From: an uncultured SAR86 cluster bacterium
Lineage (GTDB): Bacteria > Pseudomonadota > Gammaproteobacteria > Magnimaribacterales > D2472
Length of the DNA stretch: 64,000 nucleotides
Assembly (NCBI GenBank): GCA_905181645.1
Contig: CAJIYN010000001.1
Coordinates: 460,625 to 524,624, forward strand
Reading direction: 5' to 3'
In this document: positions 28,892 through 38,665 of the stretch, one piece after another
Layout of the letters: every line of letters begins with the position of its first letter
Numbering within the stretch: position 1 is the stretch's first letter
The notes under the pieces: generated by a model
What the model was told of the DNA's origin: nothing
Seen by the model: only the letters and a program-made list of their open reading frames with translations
Database searches by the model: none
Program-made: the position numbers and the translations under genes

Positions 28892-29874
28892 TATTTTGTT
28901 CTCTCATATGAAAACTTACTTAAGTTTAGCATTTCTTCTCTAATTTTTTTATTTTCAATCTTATCAGCTAATCGTGTTGATTTTTTAATATAACTTTTTA
29001 AGAGTTCTTCGGTCTTACAAATTCCACCAAGAGCATTAATCTTTTCTATGACCTGAGAACCTACATTTTCTTTTTTAACTCCCAGGAAGCTCTGTAAAGA
29101 TTTCTTGTCTTTAGAATTTGCAGCTTTCATTGCAAAATAAAGAGGGTAAGTTATTTTTCCTTCCCTCAGGTCTTGCAATGTTGGCTTTCCTAAATGCTTG
29201 GTATCATAAGAGTAATCCAACATATCATCTTTAATCTGAAAAGCCATTCCTAGAAAAATTAAAAAATTACTAATAGTATTAATATACTTCTTATCATCTT
29301 TTGCAACGAGAATAGCTCCGCATTTTGCCGATGCCTCAAAAAGCCTCCCTGTCTTGTAGTAACTTACTTGAATTAATTCATCAAGCGAAACTTCTTTTTT
29401 CCCAATGAGATCTAACTGTATCAGCTCGCCTTTTGAAATATCATTTGTTGCCTTGGATAGTTCACTGAGTATTTTAATATTTGATAAATTAACCATAAGC
29501 ATGAATGCTTTAGAATAAATAAAGTCCCCCATTAGAACCCCATGAGAATTAGTCCAAAAATTATTGATTGTTTTAGCTCCTCTTCTTAAGTTTGATTCAT
29601 CTACCACATCATCATGAACTAATGTTGCTGTATGAAGAAGCTCAATAATTGCTGCAACTTTGACTCTTTTTACAGTTTTTCTTTTATCGCCACCTGAGGC
29701 AATTAAACTCAAGAGAGGTCTTAACTGCTTCCCATTTTGTTTAAAAATATAGTCATATAATTTTTGAATAACTCTTTCATTAATAATCTCACTTTTTATA
29801 AGTTTATTTATCTTAAGTTCAATTTTCTTATCTGAGTTATTAATTACTTTCATCAGTGCTCCTAATTGCATCAA
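28891..29874 (-). CDS. ispB: Octaprenyl-diphosphate synthase (trans-polyprenyl synthase)
   Basis: Intact ORF with both Asp-rich motifs (LVHDDVVDESNLRRG; QIKDDMLDY). Divergent from rplU as in E. coli. The true start may be the internal MKVINN... at 29853. Confidence 0.88.
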   Translation of the reverse strand: MMQLGALMKVINNSDKKIELKINKLIKSEIINERVIQKLYDYIFKQNGKQLRPLLSLIASGGDKRKTVKRVKVAAIIELLHTATLVHDDVVDESNLRRGAKTINNFWTNSHGVLMGDFIYSKAFMLMVNLSNIKILSELSKATNDISKGELIQLDLIGKKEVSLDELIQVSYYKTGRLFEASAKCGAILVAKDDKKYINTISNFLIFLGMAFQIKDDMLDYSYDTKHLGKPTLQDLREGKITYPLYFAMKAANSKDKKSLQSFLGVKKENVGSQVIEKINALGGICKTEELLKSYIKKSTRLADKIENKKIREEMLNLSKFSYERTK

Positions 29875-29889
29875 AATTATACATAACTA

Positions 29890-29918
29890 TTGATAAATTC
29901 CTCATTAAAGCGTATATT
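29890..29918 (+). promoter_or_regulatory. sigma70-like promoter candidate for rplU-rpmA-obg
   Basis: TTGATA (29890-29895), 17-nt spacer, TATATT (29913-29918), 24 nt upstream of the rplU ATG. Confidence 0.5.
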
Positions 29919-29941
29919 TTGCCACCTTTAGGAATATAAAC

Positions 29942-30264
29942 ATGTATGCAGTAATAGAATCAGGTGGTAAACAACATAAAATCGAGGAAGGTGAGTATCT
30001 TTCTGTAGATTTATTGGGCGATGAGCCTGGAAAAAAAGTTACCTTTGATAACGTCTTACTCTATGTTGATGATAAAAATGTTGAGATTGGTCAACCATAT
30101 TTGTCTAATGTTAAAGTTACAGCCGAAATTAAAGATATCGTCAAAGCAGATAAAATTTCTATTTTAAGATTTAGAAGAAGAAAGCATAGTATGACAAGAG
30201 GTTGGTCATAGAGCTAGATATTCTCGAAGTTGAAATTAAATCAATTAAGTTAGAGAGTAAATAA
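29942..30264 (+). CDS. rplU: 50S ribosomal protein L21 (3' end frame-broken)
   Basis: [20 protein letters not shown]...[10 protein letters not shown]. The tail GHRARY.../...[13 protein letters not shown] lies in other frames. The corrected stop TAA 30262-30264 overlaps the rpmA ATG. Confidence 0.92.
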
Positions 30265-30521
30265 TGGCACATAAGAAAGCAGGTGGTTCAAGTAAGAACG
30301 GAAGAGATTCCAACGCCAAGAGGCTTGGTGTTAAAAGATACGGTGGACAAGTCGTTAAAGCTGGCGAGATTCTTATACGTCAAAGAGGAACTAATACTCA
30401 TCCTGGAATTAATGTAGGTATCGGTAAAGATGATACTTTATTTGCTAAAGCACCAGGCGTTGTTCAATTTACTTATAAAGGTCCTAAAAGCAGAAAAACT
30501 GCTAACGTTATTGCTCAATAA
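30264..30521 (+). CDS. rpmA: 50S ribosomal protein L27
   Basis: Intact 85-aa ORF ([29 protein letters not shown]...). Confidence 0.97.
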   Translation: MAHKKAGGSSKNGRDSNAKRLGVKRYGGQVVKAGEILIRQRGTNTHPGINVGIGKDDTLFAKAPGVVQFTYKGPKSRKTANVIAQ

Positions 30522-30536
30522 CAGTTTCTTTTTATC

Positions 30537-31566
30537 ATGAATTTTATTGACGAGGCCTTTCTTGAAGTTAAGGCTGGAAATGGTGGGGGCGGCTCAGTCA
30601 GCTTTAGACGTGAAAAATTTGTCCCTTTTGGCGGACCAGATGGTGGAGATGGTGGCAAAGGCGCTGATATAATTTTTAAAGTTAATCTCAATAAAAATAC
30701 ACTCATAGATTTTAGAAATACTAGAGTCTTCTCCGCTAAGAATGGCAAACAAGGGTCTGGAAAAAATATGTCAGGTGCTGCTGCTGATAACTTAATCCTT
30801 GATATACCTCAAGGAACTGTAATTTATGATGATGCCTCAAATGAAGTCATATTGGATTGTTGTGAAATAGACCAGCTATATACTGTTGTTAAAGGTGGAG
30901 ATGGCGGTCAAGGTAATGCTCGTTTTAAATCAAGTAGAAATCAAGCACCTAGAAAATTTACACTTGGCTTCGAAGGTGAGGTTCGTTTTATAAGACTTGA
31001 GCTAAAATCTTTAGCTGATGTTGGTTTGGTAGGATTTCCTAATGCAGGAAAATCTACTTTCCTAAACACAGTATCCTCAGCAAAGCCAAAAATAGGAAGC
31101 TATCCGTTTACCACACTGCGACCTCACTTAGGAACCATTCAAACATCTGATTCAAGTTATGTAATTGCAGATATACCTGGATTAATTGAAGGCGCATCTG
31201 AAGGAGCAGGATTAAGAATTAATTCATCACAAAAAATAATACAATGAAAAAACTATTCCTTCTTTCGTTATTAATAACGATATCATTAAATGCTCAAGAA
31301 AAAATATCTATAAAGCATCAAAAATGGGAATTAAAATCTTATGAAGAAAATAGTGTTCTTATCTCAAAGCAAGAAGGTGTCTGGCTAGATAAATTGATTT
31401 GATTGATGAAGATACTCGAAGTCACCATTCAGAAACTATACAAAAGGAACTTAAAATACCTGAAGATGATATTTTCTTTATTTCTGCTGCAACAGGAGAG
31501 GGCACACAAAAGCTTTTAAACTCTCTTACTGAAGAGATTACTAATATTAAGTCTGACTTAGCCTAA
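30537..31566 (+). CDS. obg: GTPase Obg/CgtA (switch II-to-G4 region replaced)
   Basis: ORF 30537-31247 gives the Obg fold plus G1-G3 ([14 protein letters not shown]; [17 protein letters not shown]). The 3' part (31391-31566) reads IDLIDEDT...[19 protein letters not shown] in another frame. The roughly 60 aa in between are missing. Confidence 0.88.
31215..31390 (+). other. Unrelated fragment inside obg: 5' leader plus N-terminus of a secreted protein
   Basis: ATG at 31244 opens [52 protein letters not shown], a classic signal peptide. It is unrelated to Obg and has its own upstream A-rich leader. Confidence 0.65.
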
Positions 31567-31801
31567 AGCTTTAACAGCTTTATTTAACCTACTCTTGTAT
31601 CGAGCAGCGTTACTCCTACCGTTAATATATTCTTGACGCATTCCATTTACTTCTTCTCTGCTTGTAAAAGCGGTTGGGAATTTAACCTCAAATACACTGC
31701 CTAGGTTTGAAGTCATTTGAATTAGATCTTTGCGCATGTTTGAGCTTATATGTAGCAATATTCTGCTTAGCTCTTTTAATAGTTTGTTTTGAATTTGCCA
31801 T
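31558..31801 (-). CDS. rpsT: 30S ribosomal protein S20 (one surplus base)
   Basis: Minus strand: MANSKQTIKRAKQNIA... from ATG 31801, and ...[17 protein letters not shown] (ORF 31558-31758) in a second frame. The span is 244 nt (81 codons + 1). Its 3' end overlaps the obg 3' end by 9 nt. Confidence 0.85.
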
Positions 31802-31870
31802 AAGTGGAGCGTAGTTTAATGATGTAGACCATATATGTCCATATTTTTTTTAATTATAAATATTAAGAAA

Positions 31871-32219
31871 TGGTGGAGGCGGCGGGAATTGAACCCGCGT
31901 CCGCTAATCCTTCAGCCTAACTTCTACATGCATAGCTCACCCAATTGGCTTTTTAACTTTTGTGACCCGAGGAGCAGGGTACTAAAGCGAGCTTGATTAG
32001 TTTTAACCAAACTGTGTCCAAGCAACACAGCTTGGCTAGACTATGATATTTGCCGATGCTTCAAACCATAGTCAATTTTTGCATCGGTTAGCATTAAGCT
32101 GCTAAAGCGTAGTTGTCGTTATTTGCAACTAAATTTTTTGTAGTATGTTTTACAAGAATTACCACAATCTTGGCATGCGCTTCGGAGTCCAGTAGAAACG
32201 TCGAACCCTGTTCGCCCCC
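31871..32219 (-). ncRNA. ssrA: tmRNA (SsrA)
   Basis: Minus strand: 5' GGGGGCGAACAGGGTTCGACG..., 3' ...GGACGCGGGTTCAATTCCCGCCGCCTCCACCA. The acceptor stem GGGGGCG/CGCCUCC includes G3:U. The tag ORF gca aat aac gac aac tac gct tta gca gct taa = ANNDNYALAA (32094-32126). Confidence 0.95.
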
Positions 32220-32242
32220 ATAGGGATGATGATTATACAGTA

Positions 32243-32725
32243 TTACTTGAAATTTTTAGTAGGATGGCTATTGTTTTTAGCATTTTTGAGGATTCTACCC
32301 TGGTCTCGTTCCCAGTCTCTTTTCTTAATATCTTGCCTTTGATCTTGGTGTTTTTTACCTTTTCCAATAGAAATATCACATTTAATATGATTTTCCTTCC
32401 AATATAGTGAAGTCAGAACACAGGTAAGACTTCTTTGTTAAGCTTTCCAATAATTTTTCGTATCTCTTTTTTATTAAGTAGTAGTTTCCTTGGTCTTGTT
32501 TCCTCATGATTCATATAAGAGGAATTAGAGTATTTTCATTCCAATCAACCACGCTTCTCGATTTTTTAGGGTTACATAGCAATCTTTCACATCTACTTTC
32601 TTATTTCTTAGTGATTTAACTTCCCAGCCTTCTAGAACAATTCCAGCTTGATAAGAGTCTCCTAGAATGAAGTTCCTTGATGCAGTTTTATTCTTTACAA
32701 TAACTGAGTCTTTTTGCTTTGACAT
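32243..32725 (-). CDS. smpB: SsrA-binding protein SmpB (two compensating frame breaks)
   Basis: ORF 32525-32725 (NFILGDSYQAGIVLEGWEVKSLR...), then ...ETRPRKLLLNKKEIRKIIGKL and LTSLYWKENHIKCDISIGKGKKHQDQRQDIKKRDWERDQ in other frames. Immediately upstream of ssrA on the same strand. Confidence 0.92.
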
Positions 32726-32782
32726 AACATTATTATGAATGCACTAAATACAACTGCAACTCTTAATAAGGATTAATTAATT

Positions 32783-33229
32783 TTGAAGATACTACAATTA
32801 AAGAAAACACTTGGTTATATGGGATTTATACCCTTTTGTTCTTTCTCTATAACTCCTTGGATTTTTGGTGGAGAGATAGCTAACTATTCCATTTTGGCTC
32901 TTTCTTTTTATAGCTCAATGATTCTTTCGTTTTTAGGAGGGATGTCTTGGGGATGGAGTGACAATAATTATTCGCAAAGCTTAAATCTTATTTATGGAAT
33001 ATCTTTTTCTCTTTTTGGATGCCTTATTTTAGGGATGACTTTTATAAATCCGATGTCAGCATTAAGTCTTAGTTTAGTTGGTTTTAATGCTTTCTATTAT
33101 TTTGAAAGTAAAAGAGATATTCTTTTTGATCAAAAAGTAGAGTACAAAGAACTAAGAAAAAAACTAACAGTTTTGGTTTCGATCTGTTTTTTAGTAACTA
33201 TTGCTTATATAGTTAACCCTTATAGTTAG
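32783..33229 (+). CDS. Small integral membrane protein, function unknown (possibly DUF3429-like; from memory, not searched)
   Basis: 148-aa ORF with a TTG start and about four hydrophobic helices (GFIPFCSFSITPWIFGG..., ILALSFYSSMILSFLGGMSWGW...). Confidence 0.5.
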   Translation: MKILQLKKTLGYMGFIPFCSFSITPWIFGGEIANYSILALSFYSSMILSFLGGMSWGWSDNNYSQSLNLIYGISFSLFGCLILGMTFINPMSALSLSLVGFNAFYYFESKRDILFDQKVEYKELRKKLTVLVSICFLVTIAYIVNPYS

Positions 33230-33250
33230 ATTAATTTTTAGGATATTAAT

Positions 33251-34603
33251 ATGGACAAGCTCTCAAAACTTAAAAGTCATGGTTCCTGGGTAGGTAGATG
33301 GACCTTTATATTAGCTGCTACAGGCTCAGCAGTTGGGCTCGGTAATATATGGGGTTTCCCATATAAAGCTGGAACAAATGGAGGCGGTGCATTTGTAATT
33401 ATTTATTTGTTATGCATCCTAGCGATTGGAATTCCTATAATGATCAGCGAAATAATTATTGGAAGAAGGTCTGGGAATAGTCCAATCAATGCAATGAGGC
33501 TTGTTGCAAGAGATTCCAATTCAACTTCTGCTTGGCAAGTAGTTGGCTGGAGCGGAATAGCAGCTGGAATTTTAATATTATCTTTTTACAGTGTAATAGC
33601 TGGGATATGCTTAAATTATATATTTATTGCTGCCACATCAGCTGGTGCAATTGATTCAGCTGAGCAATTTGGAAATATTATTTCTTCGCCTCTAAACCTA
33701 TTAGCATGGCATACGTTATTTATGTTTCTAACAGCAACAATCGTTTCTGCAGGTATTAATAATGGCATTGGAAGAATGGTTAAAATATTAATGCCAATGC
33801 TAGGAGTCCTGCTGATTTTTATGGTCATAAATGGAATTCTTAGCGGTGGCTTTGCTAGAGCATTTTCATTTCTATTTGCACCTGACTTCTCTGAAGTAGA
33901 CTCAAATACTTTTTTAAGCGCCATGGGGCAGGCATTTTTTAGTTTAAGTTTAGGTATGGGTTCAATAATGGCTTACGGCGCATACATGCCAAAAGAGCAA
34001 AAAATAATACCAACATCATTTACAGTTGCCTCTTTAGATACTTTAGTTGCTATCTTTGCTGGTTTAGCAATATTTCCAATCATATTCGCATTTGGACTAG
34101 AGCCTAATAGTGGTCCAGGGCTTGTATTTGAATCACTTCAAACAGCCTTTAATCAAATGTCTTATGGCCAAATTGTAGGACCACTATTTTTTATACTTTT
34201 ATCAGTTGCTGCATTAAGTTCATCCATATCGCTTCTTGAACCTGGAGTTGCATTTATTTCTGAAGAAGGCTTTATGAGTAGAAAGTTAGCAGCTATCTCA
34301 ATATCTCTTCTTACTTGGACGTTAGGAATAGGAACAGTCCTCAGTTTTAATTTATGGAGTGACTTTAATTTAACTCCTGGTAGAAACTTTTTGGATTCCA
34401 TGGACTTTATTGCAAATCAGATATTTCTTCCATTAGGTGGAATGTTGATAGCAATTTTTGTTGGATGGTTTATGGACAAAAATTTAATAAATCAAGAAAT
34501 TGGACATGTTAATCCTATCCTATTTGGTACATGGAGATTCTTTGTTAAGTTTGTTGCCCCAATGTCAGTTGGACTAATTTTTTATAATGCAATTTTTGGA
34601 TAA
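33251..34603 (+). CDS. Sodium-dependent transporter, neurotransmitter:sodium symporter (NSS/SNF) family
   Basis: Intact 450-aa polytopic ORF with the NSS N-terminal signature WVGRWTFILAATGSAVGLGNIWGFPY. Confidence 0.88.
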   Translation: MDKLSKLKSHGSWVGRWTFILAATGSAVGLGNIWGFPYKAGTNGGGAFVIIYLLCILAIGIPIMISEIIIGRRSGNSPINAMRLVARDSNSTSAWQVVGWSGIAAGILILSFYSVIAGICLNYIFIAATSAGAIDSAEQFGNIISSPLNLLAWHTLFMFLTATIVSAGINNGIGRMVKILMPMLGVLLIFMVINGILSGGFARAFSFLFAPDFSEVDSNTFLSAMGQAFFSLSLGMGSIMAYGAYMPKEQKIIPTSFTVASLDTLVAIFAGLAIFPIIFAFGLEPNSGPGLVFESLQTAFNQMSYGQIVGPLFFILLSVAALSSSISLLEPGVAFISEEGFMSRKLAAISISLLTWTLGIGTVLSFNLWSDFNLTPGRNFLDSMDFIANQIFLPLGGMLIAIFVGWFMDKNLINQEIGHVNPILFGTWRFFVKFVAPMSVGLIFYNAIFG

Positions 34604-35017
34604 ATGCCAAATACATATAACTATAAAGAATATATAGCTAAAGATTCTGAAGAAGTATTTGCATCAATTGCGAGATGTTGAAGATTACAAAAATTTTTTA
34701 CCTGGATGTACTAAGTCCGAAATTTTGTCTGAGACACAAGATTATGAGATGGAGAAGGTATTTGGAAATGGAGAGCACAATCATTTATTGAATCTAAAAA
34801 TTATAAAACTCCTACAGAATTAAAAATTAAACAAATGAAGGGACCTTTTAACAATCTAGAAGCTTCTTGGCAAGTTATTAAAAAAGACAAAGGTTGTTTG
34901 GTAAGCTTTTATGTGGAATTTGATGTTCCATTTCTTCTGAGGCCATTTATGAGGCAGGCTTTAATAGATTCTTTTGCTACTAAATATATAAATGCTTTTA
35001 TCCAGAGAGCCGAATGA
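34604..35017 (+). CDS. ratA: SRPBCC/START-domain protein RatA (ubiquinone-binding, CoQ10-like), frame-broken
   Basis: Pieces: MPNTYNYKEYIAKDSEEVFASI, DVEDYKNFLPGCTKSEILSE, and ORF 34835-35017 (MKGPFNNLEASWQVIKKDKGCLVSFYVEFD...). Conserved position next to rnfH, near smpB. Confidence 0.8.
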
Positions 35018-35292
35018 GAATATTCTTTACATATCAAGGTGAGGTTGAAAAATATTTTTTAAATCTAGATGTTTCTGAAAGTTCAACAGTAGCTGAAATC
35101 CTAAAATTACCCTCAGTAAAAAGTATTTTAGATTCCATAACCCACTCAATAACTATTGGTGTTAATGGTGAGATTTTAGATGGAGTTTTTAAGCCTATTC
35201 CTGAAAGATATAGATTAAGTGAAGGGCAGAGAGTCGAAATCTATCGACCATTAAAACAAGACCCAAAAGAACGCAGAAGACAGAAAGCCTAA
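35014..35292 (+). CDS. rnfH: RnfH family ubiquitin-like protein (UPF0125)
   Basis: Intact 92-aa ORF ending ...GQRVEIYRPLKQDPKERRRQKA. ATGA overlap with ratA. Confidence 0.85.
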   Translation: MRIFFTYQGEVEKYFLNLDVSESSTVAEILKLPSVKSILDSITHSITIGVNGEILDGVFKPIPERYRLSEGQRVEIYRPLKQDPKERRRQKA

Positions 35293-35295
35293 CTG

Positions 35296-35623
35296 TTATA
35301 TATTTTCAACAACCCAGCTATCTAAAGCTTCATTAGAATCAAAATATAGAGTTAGTTTTCTTATCTGAAATCACCAAATCACCGATAGTAACTTTGTTCA
35401 CGTAATCCCATCTATTCTTGTGAAATGGGTCTTGTATCATAGCTGTACCAAGAATGAACTTAACTTGATCTTTTGACAAACCTTTAGCAAGATTCTCAAG
35501 ATCTTCTTCTTCATATAGATTGCCTTGAACAATAGGAACATTATAAAAACCAAAAGTGCTACAGGCTCCAAGGAACGATAATGTAAGGATTATTGCGAAG
35601 ATCTTTTTTTGATTTAGTTTCAT
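35296..35623 (-). CDS. bamE: Outer-membrane assembly lipoprotein BamE (SmpA/OmlA); probable 3' frame break
   Basis: ORF 35339-35623 has a lipobox (LSFLGAC) and QGNLYEEEDLENLAKGLSKDQVKFILGTAMIQDPFHKNRWDY. The alternative tail KLTLYFDSNEALDSWVVENI is readable after an A-run shift near 35355. Confidence 0.85.
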
Positions 35624-35690
35624 TTACCTATGATTTAAAAGTTGTCTTTATATTTCGACAAGATGGATTATACTTTGTTCTATAACATAA

Positions 35691-36118
35691 GTGATAATAA
35701 TTTTAAAAAATGTTTTAAATTTTGAACTAAAAAAAACCGGCTTAAAGGCCACCACTCCCAGAATTAAAATTATGGAAGTTCTTGCTTCAACAGCCTATCA
35801 AGATGTTCATTTTAGTGCTGAAGATATCTATAAAGAGCTAATACAAATGGGTGAAAATATAGGTTTAGCATCTGTATACAGAGTTTTAACGCAATTTGAA
35901 TCAGCTGGTATTGTAAAAAAGCATAATTTTGAAGAAAGCAGTGTATGAAATTAATTCTGATGAGCATCATGATCATATGGTGTGTCTAGATACTGGGGAT
36001 GTGATTGAGTTTTCAGATGACTTGATCGAAGAAAGGCAAAAAATGCTTGCCGAAAGCCAGAGGATTTGAGCTAATTGAGCATAGTATGGTCTTGTACGTA
36101 AAAAAAATTAAGTCATAA
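35691..36118 (+). CDS. fur: Ferric uptake regulator (two or three frame breaks; start uncertain)
   Basis: LKKTGLKATTPRIKIMEVL...HFSAEDIYKELIQMGENIGLASVYRVLTQFESAGIVKKHNFEE, then VYEINSDEHHDHMVCLDTGDVIEFSDDLIEERQKMLAE, then ELIEHSMVLYV. ATG 35710 becomes an in-frame start if one T of the TTTT run is removed. Confidence 0.9.
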
Positions 36119-36132
36119 TTTTTTAAAACCCA

Positions 36133-36160
36133 CTTGAACTAAGCATATAAACCCCAATAT
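36133..36160 (+). promoter_or_regulatory. sigma32 (RpoH) heat-shock promoter candidate
   Basis: CTTGAA (36133-36138), 13-nt spacer, CCCCAATAT (36152-36160), 21 nt upstream of the grpE ATG. The E. coli sigma32 consensus is CTTGAA-N13-15-CCCCATNT. Confidence 0.65.
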
Positions 36161-36180
36161 ACTACGACGAGGGAGCAAAT

Positions 36181-36709
36181 ATGTCAAAAAATACAAAAGA
36201 AGATAAATCTTTAGAAGAAGAGTTAGAAAATTCTACTGCCTCTAATTCAAACATGGGATCAGATACCTATGAGGAACTATTAGATAAGAATGAAGATTTA
36301 GAAAAAGCTTCCCTTAGAGCAAAGGCTGATTTAGATAATGCTTTAAAAAGAACTCTAGCTGAGGTTGAAAAAGCCCATAAATATGGAGTTGAAAAACTAT
36401 TAGCAGAACTACTTCCAGTTATTGATAATTTAGAGCATGCCCTAAACAATCTCTCTGAGAATGCTACCAAAGAAGACAAAGAAGGTATTGAGTTTAACTT
36501 TAAAGTCTTTTGAGTCTGCACTTGATAAATTTGGAATGAGACCCATCTATCCAGTTAATGAGGATTTTAATCCTGAAAAACACGAAGCAGTAACAATGAC
36601 AAAAGACAAAAATAAAAATGATAACGAAGTTGGCGAAGTTTTTCAGAGAGGCTGGGAGCTTCATCAAAGAGTTATAAGGCCAGCAAGAGTTACGGTTATA
36701 AAAAATTAA
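36181..36709 (+). CDS. grpE: Nucleotide exchange factor GrpE (one frame break)
   Basis: ORFs 36181-36513 and 36461-36709 (LRAKADLDNALKRTLAEVEKAHKYGVEKLLAELLPVIDNLEHAL; ...HEAVTM...VFQRGWELHQRVIRPARV). The shift is near 36490. Confidence 0.92.
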
Positions 36710-36721
36710 AGAGGGAATGAT

Positions 36722-38650
36722 ATGTCGAAAATAATAGGAATTGATTTAGGAACAACAAATAGTTGTGTTGCTGTAATTGAAGGCAAACAACAAAAGGTTA
36801 TTGAAAATGCAGAAGGTGGAAGAACAACTCCATCTGTTATTGCTTATACAGATAATGATGAGGTATTGGTTGGGATGCCAGCTAAAAGACAGGCAGTCAC
36901 AAATCCTGAAAATACTTTATACGCAATCAAAAGGTTAATAGGTAGAACTTTTGAAGATAAAGTTGTAAAACAAGATGCTGATATGGTTCCTTATAAAATT
37001 ATTAAAGCAGATAATGGTGATGCATGGGTTGAAGCTAATAAGAAGAAGATGGCTCCACCAGAACTTTCTGCAATGATTCTTCAAAAAATGAAGAAAACTG
37101 CAGAAGACTATTTAGGTCATGAAGTTAAAGAAGCTGTAATTACAGTTCCAGCATATTTTAATGATGCGCAAAGACAAGCTACAAAAGATGCAGGTAAGAT
37201 TGCTGGACTTGAAGTTAAAAGAATTATTAACGAACCAACAGCTGCTGCTTTAGCATATGGCCTTGAATATAAATCAGGAAAAGACCAAAAGATTGCAGTT
37301 TATGATCTTGGTGGAGGTACTTTTGCAATTCCAATCATTGAAATATCAGATGATTGATGGCGAACATCAATTTGAAGTACTTTCCACAAATGGAGACACT
37401 TTTTTAGGTGGTGAGGATTTTGATTTAAGGTTAATAGATTATTTTGTTGATCAATTTAAAGAAGAATCTGGTTTTGATCTTAAAAGTGATCCTTTGGCCC
37501 TGCAAAGATTAAAAGAAGCTGCAGAAAAAGCTAAGATCGAGCTTTCATCTTCTCCTCAGACAGAAATCAATCTTCCATATATAACAGCTGATAGCTCAGG
37601 ACCAAAACATTTTGTTCATAAAATCACTAGAGCAAAACTTGAATCTTTAGTAGAAGACCTGGTAGATAGAAGTTTAGAGCCTTTAAAAACTGCTTTATCA
37701 GACGCAAAACTTTCTAAATCTGAAATATCCGAGATATTATTAGTTGGCGGCCAAACTAGGATGCCTTTGGTTCAAAAGAAAGTTAAAGATTTCTTTGGAA
37801 AAGAAGCCAGAAAAGACTTAAATCCTGATGAGGCTGTAGCTGTAGGAGCTGCTATTCAAGGCTCTGTATTATCAGGTGATACTAAAGACATCTTATTGTT
37901 AGATGTGACACCTTTAACTCTAGGAATAGAGACTCTAGGCGGAATTGCTACTCCATTAATTGAAAAGAATACTACGATACCAACCCAAAAATCACAGGTA
38001 TTTTCAACAGCCGAAGATAATCAATCAGCAGTCACCGTTCATGTTATTCAGGGAGAAAGAAAACAGGCTGCTCAAAATAAATCATTGGGTCAATTTAATC
38101 TTGCAGATATTCCTCCAGCTTCAAGAGGAACACCGCAAATCGAAGTTTCGTTTGATCTAGATGCTAACGGCATACTCAATGTTGCAGCCAAAGATAAAAA
38201 TACTGGTAAAGAGCAATCTATTGTGATTAAAGCTTCAAGTGGATTATCTGATGAAGACATTGAAAAAATGGTTCAAGATGCCGAAGCCAACGCTGAAGAT
38301 GATAAGAAATTCGAAGAGTTAGTTAAGACAAAAAATAATGCAGACATGTTGTTCATGCAACAAGAAAAACAGTTCAGGAATCTGATGAAAAGTTATCTGA
38401 TGATGAAAAGGATGAAATAGAGAAAGTTGTTGTCGTACTTGAAGAGGCAATAGCTTCAGAAGATCTTGAAAGTATGGAAATTGCAACAAAATCTCTTAAC
38501 GATGTTCTTACCCCTTTGACTCAAAAACTTTATACTCAGGAATCGCCCGAAGAAGGACAGAGTGAAGACGAAGTATCAAATGAGAACTCAGAAAATACAG
38601 TTGATGCTGAATATGAAGAAGTTAAAGACGAAGACGAAGTAGATAAATAA
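36722..38650 (+). CDS. dnaK: Chaperone DnaK/Hsp70 (two frame breaks)
   Basis: ORFs 36722-37357 and 37257-38420 plus a shifted tail ([13 protein letters not shown]; VYDLGGGTF; [11 protein letters not shown]; ...[13 protein letters not shown]). Shifts are near 37325 and 38350. Confidence 0.96.
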
Positions 38651-38665
38651 TTTTTTTATAGATAA

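Noticed and set aside
35685-35710. A Fur box (gtgataataattttaaaaa) overlapping the annotated fur start
   Set aside because: It matches only about 11 of 19 positions of GATAATGATAATCATTATC in very AT-rich DNA, which is not distinguishable from background by eye.
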